Assembly: GCA_020722265.1 (NCBI GenBank)
Contig: DYLA01000004.1
Location: 1 to 42,080 of the forward strand
DNA length: 42,080 bases
Source of the DNA: Anaerolinea sp.
GTDB taxonomy: Bacteria; Chloroflexota; Anaerolineae; UBA4142
Direction: 5' to 3'
Shown: positions 1-7,460 of the stretch, piece by piece
How the letters are laid out: each line of letters opens with the position of its first letter
Numbering within the stretch: position 1 is the stretch's first letter
Program-made: the position numbers and the translations under genes
The notes under the pieces: model-generated
Seen by the model: the letters and a program-made list of their open reading frames with translations, nothing else
Databases searched by the model: none
What the model was told of the DNA's origin: nothing

Positions 1-71
1 AGGGGGCAAAGCCCCCTGAACCCCCATGTCCACGATTTACTGTGGTGCTACCCCAAGTCGGAGATTAACAT

Positions 72-104
72 AAAAAATGGAGAGGTTGAACCTCTCCATT
101 TTTT
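72..104. terminator. Intrinsic (potentially bidirectional) terminator downstream of dnaA
   Basis: Perfect inverted repeat AAAAAATGGAGAGGTT-G-AACCTCTCCATTTTTT with A/T tails on both sides, 26 bp past the dnaA stop. Confidence 0.85.
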
Positions 105-130
105 GTTTGCAACTCGACTCCTGGGTGCTA

Positions 131-1549
131 TCACCTATTCAGTCGGTATAGCCGTTCTTTGAGAGCCAGCGTTTCGCGTCGGCAATTATCATCGGTCTCG
201 ATGAGTTGTGCGATTTTGTCGTGTGCGTACATTACAGTTGTATGGTCTCTGCCGAGCGCGGCACCGATTTCTGGCAACGAGGCATCTGTTTCCTCGCGGA
301 GCAAATACATCGCCATCTGGCGCGGAGCGACGATTTCCTTGCTGCGACTACGCCCGGTGAGGTCTTGGATGTCCACATTGTAAAACTCGGCGACGGCGCT
401 CAACACTTGTTCGATAGTGATGGGCTGGTGACGGAGCATATCTTGCAGAACATTGGTCGCGAGATCGAGCGAGAGTTTTTCTTGCATCAATTGCGAGTAA
501 CCGAGGATGCGCGTCAGTGCGCCTTCGAGTTCGCGGATATTGCTCTGCACCTTGCGTGCGATGAAATCAATCACTTCGGCAGGCACTTGGGCTTGAATGG
601 CGTCTGCCTTGGTGCGCAGGATAGCGATTCGCATTTCCAGATCGGGCGGCTGGATATCGGCAATCATTCCGCCTTCAAAGCGTGAGCGCACGCGTTCCTC
701 CAGCGTTGGAATCGCGCGGGGGTGGCGATCACTGGAGAGGACGATTTGCTTGTTCGCCGAGTGCAGGTGATTGAAGGTGTGAAAGAACTCTTCCTGGGTG
801 GCTTCTTTGCCGCCGATGAATTGAACATCGTCAATCAACAGCACGTCCACTTGGCGATAGACACGGCGGAATTCTTCGGTCGTTTGGTTGCGAATCGCGT
901 TGATCAAATCGTTCGTGAACATTTCGGACGAAACGTACATTACGCGACGGTCTCTGACGCCGGGATGTTGACCGAGGGCGTGGAGAAGGTGCGTTTTGCC
1001 CAAGCCGGTGCCGCCGTAGATGAAGAGCGGATTGTACGATTCGCCGGGATGCTCGGCGACGGCGAGAGCCGCCGCGTGCGCGAGTTGATTGGACTTGCCG
1101 ACGATGAATGTCTCGAAGGTGTATTTGGGATTGAGCGGCGCGGGCGTTGGAGTTTTCAGATCGTCACTTGGAGAGAGTGGAGGCGCGGGCGCGGCTTGGG
1201 TTTCCTCCATCTCTTCCGCGGCGGGGGTGTTCTCCGGAATTTGCCACAGCGCAGGACGCGCGTCTGCCGCGCGCGCGCGTGCCAGTTCGTCGTGCGGCGC
1301 GGCGTCTTTCACGACGTAGCGCATTTCGACCGGGCGTCCCACGATGCCGGTCACCGTGCGTTGGATCGTCGTGTGCAAACGATTCTCCAACCACTCTTTG
1401 GCATATGGACTGTTGACCCCCACCGTCATCGCACCATCTTGATAGTTGATGGCGCGCGTAGGACGCACCCAGGTGTCGAAGGTTGCTCTCGTCATCTGGA
1501 GTTGCAGTTCGCCCAGCGTCGCGTGCCAAATCTCGTTTGCGTTCATCAT
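131..1549 (-). CDS. dnaA: Chromosomal replication initiator DnaA
   Basis: LNPKYTFETFIVGKSNQLA, Walker A YGGTGLGKTHL, LLIDDVQF, RSRFEGG, C-terminal GRDHTTVMYA DNA-binding motif; start moved to the ATG at 1549, downstream of GGAGGTG. Confidence 0.97.
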   Translation of the reverse strand: MMNANEIWHATLGELQLQMTRATFDTWVRPTRAINYQDGAMTVGVNSPYAKEWLENRLHTTIQRTVTGIVGRPVEMRYVVKDAAPHDELARARAADARPALWQIPENTPAAEEMEETQAAPAPPLSPSDDLKTPTPAPLNPKYTFETFIVGKSNQLAHAAALAVAEHPGESYNPLFIYGGTGLGKTHLLHALGQHPGVRDRRVMYVSSEMFTNDLINAIRNQTTEEFRRVYRQVDVLLIDDVQFIGGKEATQEEFFHTFNHLHSANKQIVLSSDRHPRAIPTLEERVRSRFEGGMIADIQPPDLEMRIAILRTKADAIQAQVPAEVIDFIARKVQSNIRELEGALTRILGYSQLMQEKLSLDLATNVLQDMLRHQPITIEQVLSAVAEFYNVDIQDLTGRSRSKEIVAPRQMAMYLLREETDASLPEIGAALGRDHTTVMYAHDKIAQLIETDDNCRRETLALKERLYRLNR

Positions 1550-1834
1550 CGAAAAAATCTCACCTCCCCACAAATCCGCGAGAGGAGGCGTCACACCGTT
1601 TCAAGGTGCGCCCATTCTAGCAGAAATTCCAGTCGCGCGCAATAGGTACACCTTAAAAAGGAGAATCACGCGCCAGGTTTTTAAGATACCGTTTCTCGCG
1701 CGGTTGAAAGCGAGATTGCCATAAATTTGTTGCGGTCCGAATATGGACAATTTATGCATGGCGTCTGAATTCGATTTTCGCGTTCACGCGTGCCACAAAC
1801 GCTAGTAGTGAATGGATGCGCGCACCACTAGAGG

Positions 1835-1876
1835 TGTGGATAGAAAGGATACAGCGTGTGGATTGGTTGTGGAAAT
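1835..1876. promoter_or_regulatory. Cluster of DnaA-box-like sites (oriC or autoregulation candidate)
   Basis: TGTGGATAG (1835), TGTGGATTG (1857), TGTGGAAAT (1868): same orientation, near-matches to TGTGGATAA, in the AT-richer region upstream of dnaA. Confidence 0.55.
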
Positions 1877-1882
1877 GATTTG

Positions 1883-1891
1883 TGTTATAAT
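1883..1891 (+). promoter_or_regulatory. Extended -10 promoter (TGnTATAAT), probably leaderless transcript
   Basis: TGTTATAAT lies 7 nt before ATG 1899; no Shine-Dalgarno. Confidence 0.6.
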
Positions 1892-1898
1892 CCGCGCC

Positions 1899-3839
1899 AT
1901 GCTCAGACGAATGCTTATCGCGCTCATTCTCGTGGCGAGCGCCCTCACGGCGGGGTTGGTGTTTCTGGCGCAGCAGACCCGCGCCCTCACCGGCGTCGTG
2001 CGTGATGGCACGACCCAACTCCCGATCGAAAACGCGTCGCTCGTCGTCGCCGGCAATCACGCGGCAACCGACGCGCTTGGCGAATATACGATTGCACTAC
2101 CGCGCGGCGAGCACATCCTCACCGCGCAAGCCGATGGATACGAGACGGCGCAGTTCCAAGTGAACGGCGACGACCTGTTCCGTCAGTCCTTCCGCCTCGA
2201 ATTATCTCTTGCGCCGAACCGCGTCAATGTGCTTTTGCTCGACGCGGAAACGCGCCAACCCCTCGCCCAAGTCCCAGTGCGCGTCGGCGAACAGATCGTC
2301 ACGACGAACGCGCAGGGCATCCTGGAAGCGCGCGGCGTCAAAGCCGGCACACCGCTCGTCGCGCAAATCCCCGGCTATGATCCGATGGCGATTGCGCTCG
2401 AGGGACAGACCAATATCGAATGGGGACTCGCGCCGAACGTGCTGAACGTCGTCGTCAGCGACAAGTACACCGGTCAGCCGATTGCGCACGCGCAGATTCA
2501 AGCTGGCAACCAATCCTCGACGAGTGACGCGCAGGGGCGCGCGCGCTTTCGCCGTGTCACTCACGGCGCGACGGTGCGTGCTTCTGCCGCGGGCTACGAA
2601 AGCGCGCGCGCGTCGTTCGGCGGAGACGATCTGCAAATCGCCTTGCGCCCCAACACACTCGACGGCACTGTGACCGATGCCACGACCGGCAAGCCGATCA
2701 GCGGCACGCTCGTCTATCTGGGCAGCGCGATCGCGACGACGAACGCGCAAGGCGCGTACCATTTCGATAACGTGCCGGCGAAAGCCGCGCTCACCTTTCG
2801 CGCGGCGGGCTATCGCAAGACCAACGTCGAGGTGAGCGGCACCACGCGCTACGATATCAAACTCGCGCCATTTCTGGTGAAAGGAATTCGCATCCCATTC
2901 GCGCTATCGTCGGAACGCGTGCACGAATTGATGGACCTGATGGGCAAGACCGAATTGAACTCTATCGTGATTGACGTGAAATCCGAGCGCGGGCGACTCG
3001 CCTGGGATTCGCAGGTGCCGCTGGCAAAGCAGATCAATGCCGCGTATGCGGAGGGCATTGATCTTGGTGAGGTGATCGCGCGTTGCCGCGCGCAGAACAT
3101 CTATTGCATTGCGCGTATGCCGGTCTTTCAGGACACACTTCTCGCGACGGCGCGCCCTGCCCAAGCGATTCGCTATCCGAACGGTGCAGTCTTTACCGAG
3201 AATGGCGGCGCCGCGTGGCTCAACCCGTACAACACCGATAATTGGAATTACGTCCTCGCGCTCGCCAAAGAAATCGTCGCGCTAGGCTTCGATGAAATTC
3301 AGTTCGATTACGTGCGCTTTCCCGGCCGTTTCGGCGCGCTCGACTTGGGCACCGAAAACTCGGAGGAAAAACGTGTCGCGGCAATCACCGGCTTTCTCGC
3401 GCGCGCCCAAAAAGAATTGCGACCCACCGGCGTTTTCATCTCGGTAGATGTGTTCGGCTTGACGACGGCAACCGATGACGATCAGCACACCGGGCAGCGT
3501 CTGCGTGACCTTGGTCCCTACGCCGATTACATTTGTCCAATGGTGTACCCGGATACCTGGGTCAATGCCACCGATTTGTTGACGCGCGGGTTGGGGATAA
3601 CCAATTGTGTCGAGGCAGTCCGCTGTCCGTACGAAGTCGTCTTCAACAGTTCCAAGCGCGCGGCAGAGAAGACGACGACGCGGGTGCGATTGTGGCTGCA
3701 GGCGTACGCGGGGCGCGGCAACTTTGGCTTGACGCAATATCGTTTGCAGAAACAAGCCGCCACCGACGCGGGAAGTTACGGCTGGATGTTCTGGAACGGC
3801 CAGGGGGTGTACGACACGAGATTGTTCGACGCGAAGTAA
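1899..3839 (+). CDS. Secreted/anchored protein: carboxypeptidase-regulatory-like beta repeats plus C-terminal putative glycoside hydrolase (DUF4015-like TIM barrel)
   Basis: N-terminal signal/TM segment; repeated GxVxDxxTGxPI..A...TxxxGxY units; NSIVIDVKSERG, GFDEIQFDYVRFP, DYICPMVYP motifs. Confidence 0.75.
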   Translation: MLRRMLIALILVASALTAGLVFLAQQTRALTGVVRDGTTQLPIENASLVVAGNHAATDALGEYTIALPRGEHILTAQADGYETAQFQVNGDDLFRQSFRLELSLAPNRVNVLLLDAETRQPLAQVPVRVGEQIVTTNAQGILEARGVKAGTPLVAQIPGYDPMAIALEGQTNIEWGLAPNVLNVVVSDKYTGQPIAHAQIQAGNQSSTSDAQGRARFRRVTHGATVRASAAGYESARASFGGDDLQIALRPNTLDGTVTDATTGKPISGTLVYLGSAIATTNAQGAYHFDNVPAKAALTFRAAGYRKTNVEVSGTTRYDIKLAPFLVKGIRIPFALSSERVHELMDLMGKTELNSIVIDVKSERGRLAWDSQVPLAKQINAAYAEGIDLGEVIARCRAQNIYCIARMPVFQDTLLATARPAQAIRYPNGAVFTENGGAAWLNPYNTDNWNYVLALAKEIVALGFDEIQFDYVRFPGRFGALDLGTENSEEKRVAAITGFLARAQKELRPTGVFISVDVFGLTTATDDDQHTGQRLRDLGPYADYICPMVYPDTWVNATDLLTRGLGITNCVEAVRCPYEVVFNSSKRAAEKTTTRVRLWLQAYAGRGNFGLTQYRLQKQAATDAGSYGWMFWNGQGVYDTRLFDAK

Positions 3840-3870
3840 AGACCAAGTGACAGGGTGAACGTTCTCTGTG

Positions 3871-4980
3871 TCACCTTGTCGCGTGACTCTTGGGTTGTGT
3901 GAGTTTCGCGATCAATTGGCGATTTGCCGCCGGAAACGCGTACTGCGTCAATTCATCCGGCACAACCCACCTCCACGCTGCGCAGCCGAGCGCGCGCGGG
4001 CGTCCGCGCACCCAGCGGCAATCGAACGCGTGCAGCGTGATGCGAAAATGCGAGTACGCGTGCCGCCGCGTTGCCCATTCCTCTCCCACCGCGATTTCGA
4101 TTCCCAATTCTTCGCGCACTTCGCGCGCGACGCACGCGGCGAGCGTCTCGCCGCGTTTTCTGTGCCCGCCCGGAAATTCCCACAAGCCGCCGAGTAGTTG
4201 GTTGTCCCTCCGCCGCGCGATCAAGAGCCGCTTGCCCTTCCAAATCACGCCGATAGCGACGTGGTGATGCGGGAGTTGGCGTTGGGCGGTTTTCGCGGGC
4301 AGTTTGGCTTGGAGTCCTAGCCGCCGCGCCGCACACGCGCGCGCGAGCGGGCACACGTCGCACGCCGGCTGGCGCGGCGCGCACACCGTTGCGCCAAGTT
4401 CCATCAAGGCTTGATTGAATTCGCCGGCGCGTCCGCGCGGCAACAGGGATTCTGCCAATTGCCACAGTTCGGTTTGTGTTCGCGCGCGCCGAGGCGCGTG
4501 CCGAATGGCAAAGACGCGGCACAGGACGCGCATCGCGTTTCCATCCACCGCTGCCGCCTCGCGATGGAACGCAATGCTCGCGATCGCGCCGGCGGTGTAG
4601 CGGCCGATGCCGGGGAGCGCCCGCAGTTCGGTGACGGTGCTGGGAATCGTGCCGTCAAAGCGCGCGACGATTTCTTGCGCCGCGCGCTGCAAGTTGCGCG
4701 CGCGCGCATAGTACCCCGCGCCTTCCCACGCTTTCAGCACATCGTCCAGCCGCGCCGATGCGAGCGCGCGCACGTTCGGAAAGCGCGCGAGGAATCGTTC
4801 ATAGTACGGGATTGCTGTGACAACCTGAGTTTGCTGCAAGAGGATTTCGGCGATCCAGACGCGATAGGGGTCGGACGCGTCGCGCCGCCAAGGGAGGTCG
4901 CGCTGGTTTGCCTCGTACCACGCGAGGAGGTGCACAGCAAACGCGCGCCGGGTCGCGCGAGCGATCTTGGTCGTCGCCAC
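3871..4980 (-). CDS. mutY: A/G-specific adenine glycosylase MutY with C-terminal Nudix domain
   Basis: RDLPWR, EILLQQTQV, GYYARARNL, HhH LPGIGRYTA, VDGN, Fe-S motif C-x6-C-x2-C-x5-C, GLWEFPGG...REVREELG. Confidence 0.95.
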   Translation of the reverse strand: MATTKIARATRRAFAVHLLAWYEANQRDLPWRRDASDPYRVWIAEILLQQTQVVTAIPYYERFLARFPNVRALASARLDDVLKAWEGAGYYARARNLQRAAQEIVARFDGTIPSTVTELRALPGIGRYTAGAIASIAFHREAAAVDGNAMRVLCRVFAIRHAPRRARTQTELWQLAESLLPRGRAGEFNQALMELGATVCAPRQPACDVCPLARACAARRLGLQAKLPAKTAQRQLPHHHVAIGVIWKGKRLLIARRRDNQLLGGLWEFPGGHRKRGETLAACVAREVREELGIEIAVGEEWATRRHAYSHFRITLHAFDCRWVRGRPRALGCAAWRWVVPDELTQYAFPAANRQLIAKLTQPKSHATR

Positions 4981-4997
4981 TGGTTACCGCCTGCCCC

Positions 4998-5534
4998 TCA
5001 TAGCCCGCCGCGCCATTCCTCGCGCAAAATCGCCAAGAGATGGATGTCGTGAAACGCCCCCTCGCGATAAAGGGCTTGGCGGCGTGTGCCCTCCCTGCGA
5101 AAGCCGGCTTTTTCGTACGCGCGCATCGCGCGCGGATTGTAATCGTACACCTCGAGTTCGACGCGGTTCAGAGCGAGTTCCTCGAAGGCAAACCGCAAGA
5201 GTGTCCGCGTCGCATCGGTCCCGTACCCCTTGCCCCAATAGTCCTTGTCGCCGATGAAAATGCCCAAGACCGCGCTCCGATTCTTCAAGTCAATGCGGTG
5301 CAAGCCGCAGTTGCCGATGAGTTTGTGCTCGGCTAGCGTGAGAATGGCGAACACCACGTTGTCTTTGGATTTGGCCAAGTTCTCGAACCACGCGGTTTCC
5401 TCTTCGAGGTTGAGGGGCGCGGGGATACCTGGTCGCAAAAAGCGCGCCGTTTCCCAATCGTTCAGCCACTTGACGTACTGGGGCAGGTACTCGCGCTGTA
5501 CGGCGGCGAGTTGAATTTTTTCTCCACGAAACAT
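4998..5534 (-). CDS. GNAT N-acetyltransferase, RimJ/RimL family
   Basis: LIGNCGL, YWGKGYGTDA acetyl-CoA motif, NPRAMRAYEKAGFRREG; SD GAGGAG. Confidence 0.9.
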   Translation of the reverse strand: MFRGEKIQLAAVQREYLPQYVKWLNDWETARFLRPGIPAPLNLEEETAWFENLAKSKDNVVFAILTLAEHKLIGNCGLHRIDLKNRSAVLGIFIGDKDYWGKGYGTDATRTLLRFAFEELALNRVELEVYDYNPRAMRAYEKAGFRREGTRRQALYREGAFHDIHLLAILREEWRGGL

Positions 5535-5551
5535 GGCTTGTCTCCTCTGCG

Positions 5552-6544
5552 CTAACGTTCATCGGGGATGAGTTGGAATGTGCCGCACCCGAAATGCGTT
5601 TGCTTGCCGATGTGAAGAATGGACGCCAGTTCGAGGTAGGGCACGAGTGCGGCCGGAATCGTCCAGAAAGTTTGCGTGCCGATCCATCGCCCGGGGAAGC
5701 CGCGCGGCGATGGTTCGAGGGTGTGTCGCTGGAGCGTGCCAGCGGGGGGGTGCGCTTGTTCCAAGGCGAGCCAGATGGCGGTCTGTTCGTCCGGGGTGAG
5801 GAGTGCCCAGACATCGGAGGGCTGGGCGCGCTTGCCCGGCAGGAACAGCGTCATTCGTTCCATCAGCGCGTCAACGAGCGTTTGCAGCGTGGGTACCTCG
5901 TTCAAATCGAAGGGGGTGAGCCAGGTCAAGCGATGAAAGGGGCGCGGTTTTTGGGGCGCGAAGGATAGTCCCTCTGCCCACTGGCTTGGCGTGACGCGCT
6001 GCTCCGAGAGCAAACGCCCCGCGCTGACGACCGGTTCCCACCGCGCCCCGCGCGCCGCGTAAATGGCCGGAATCTCAAAGCGTCCCCACACGCTGTAGGC
6101 GCGATGCCATCGCTCATCGGTGAGCGTTGTGGCGTACTCCATCGCTGGCAAAATCGTTTCGAGGAACAAGCCGTGCTCCGCACTGTCGCCCAGCAGTTTG
6201 AGTTCCCACAGAATCGTCTCACCCTCTCCGTAACTTCGTTTGGCCGGGTAGGCGAACAAGACCGATTCCAGTGGCCACGATGGCAGCGTGGGCGCGTTGT
6301 GCTCTTCGAACTTTTTCTTCTCGGTTTGCCGATCCGGCGAACGGGCGGCTGCCGCGTCCTCCCACGCGGTCAGCGCGTCGCGCCACTCGCGCGCCTGGGG
6401 CGTGGGCAGCCGGCGGACGATGAGCGTACCGAGGGTTTGGGACAATTCGAGTGGGAAATAGCGCGGCAGGTGGACGAGGGGACTGGTCACGCGCCAGACG
6501 ATGAGATAGCGGATGAGGTTAACCGGACTGATAAAATTCCACAT
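5552..6544 (-). CDS. cas6: Cas6-like crRNA-processing endoribonuclease (RAMP)
   Basis: C-terminal G-rich loop HIGKQTHFGCGTF (GxxxxxGxG), LTWLTP strand, WELKLLG, GRWIG typical of Cas6 C-terminal RRM; last gene of an overlapping operon with the Cas7 fusion. Confidence 0.8.
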   Translation of the reverse strand: MWNFISPVNLIRYLIVWRVTSPLVHLPRYFPLELSQTLGTLIVRRLPTPQAREWRDALTAWEDAAAARSPDRQTEKKKFEEHNAPTLPSWPLESVLFAYPAKRSYGEGETILWELKLLGDSAEHGLFLETILPAMEYATTLTDERWHRAYSVWGRFEIPAIYAARGARWEPVVSAGRLLSEQRVTPSQWAEGLSFAPQKPRPFHRLTWLTPFDLNEVPTLQTLVDALMERMTLFLPGKRAQPSDVWALLTPDEQTAIWLALEQAHPPAGTLQRHTLEPSPRGFPGRWIGTQTFWTIPAALVPYLELASILHIGKQTHFGCGTFQLIPDER

Positions 6545-7460
6545 AGCGGACTAGCGTGTAGAGAAGACTGACTTGGGATTTAGACCACTGGCGAATTTTC
6601 CACGCGCTCAACATATCTTTGGCTTCCTGATTCAGCAAACCGAGGAGGCGTCCCCAGTAGAATTGCGCTTCGCCGGTCGCGTCGTCGTCTGCCGTCAAGA
6701 GTTTGTAGAGGATTTTTTGTTCGTGCGGCGGAAGCATCGTGCGGAACACCGTCGCCATATCGAGCATCCGCAGGAATTCTGACGCTTCGAAGGTGAGCAC
6801 GCCTTCGCGTTCGTAATAGCGTGGGTGGAAGACATAGTGCGGCGCGGCGAAAAAGCGGACCCACAGCCGATTCATCGCCAGGCGCGCTTCGTCGTGGATG
6901 ATGCGGCAGAGGATTTCGCCCATCGTCGAGTCTTTGCCGGTCGTTGGGGGACAGATTTGAATCAACCCCCGGAGATCGCCGCCGTGATAGAGGGCGAGTT
7001 CTCGCAGCCAGGGCTGCAACTCGCGATAGTGCAATATCAGCAAGAAACGCTGGGCGTCATGAATGTACAATCCGAGCGCGCGACTCGCGCTCGCATCGGC
7101 TCGCAGCGGCTTGGGCAACTCGGTCACGTAACCCCAAATGACGACCGCGCGACGCGCCAGCGCGTACAGCCCCCAGGCATCGTCCAGGATCGTTTGACAG
7201 GTGGCGCAGTACTGATCGTTGACGCGCGCATAGACCCAGCAGCGCAGACAGGGACCGTCGAGCGCAGAGGGAGGCGCACCGAGTGGAGCAGAGAGGGGCG
7301 CAGGAGGAATCCTTTGACTGCGGACTCGCTCCTGCGTCCCTCCGATTTCCGCCGAGGCGTCACGGGGCGCTTGCCTCTTGTCACTGTTCACATAGCGCAG
7401 CGTGGCGAGCAATTCGGCGCCGTCGCGGCAGCGACGAATCCAATCAAACGGACTGTACAT
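6519..7460 (-). CDS. Putative highly truncated, catalytically dead Cas10-like large subunit
   Basis: CxxC-x10-CxxC Zn finger (CLRC...CATC), then a palm-like segment (AVVIWGYV ... LYIHDAQRFLLIL where YxGGDD would be expected) and a helical C-terminus; overlaps both neighbouring cas genes. Assignment is inferred from context and weak motif order. Confidence 0.55.
   Translation of the reverse strand: MYSPFDWIRRCRDGAELLATLRYVNSDKRQAPRDASAEIGGTQERVRSQRIPPAPLSAPLGAPPSALDGPCLRCWVYARVNDQYCATCQTILDDAWGLYALARRAVVIWGYVTELPKPLRADASASRALGLYIHDAQRFLLILHYRELQPWLRELALYHGGDLRGLIQICPPTTGKDSTMGEILCRIIHDEARLAMNRLWVRFFAAPHYVFHPRYYEREGVLTFEASEFLRMLDMATVFRTMLPPHEQKILYKLLTADDDATGEAQFYWGRLLGLLNQEAKDMLSAWKIRQWSKSQVSLLYTLVRYVEFYQSG

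Noticed and set aside
2-16. GGGGGC-AAA-GCCCCC hairpin at the window edge
   Set aside because: Probably a REP-like fragment, but truncated by the window and too short to assess
1801-1834. DnaA-trio unwinding element next to the boxes
   Set aside because: Only two TAG units, not positioned directly after a box; unconvincing
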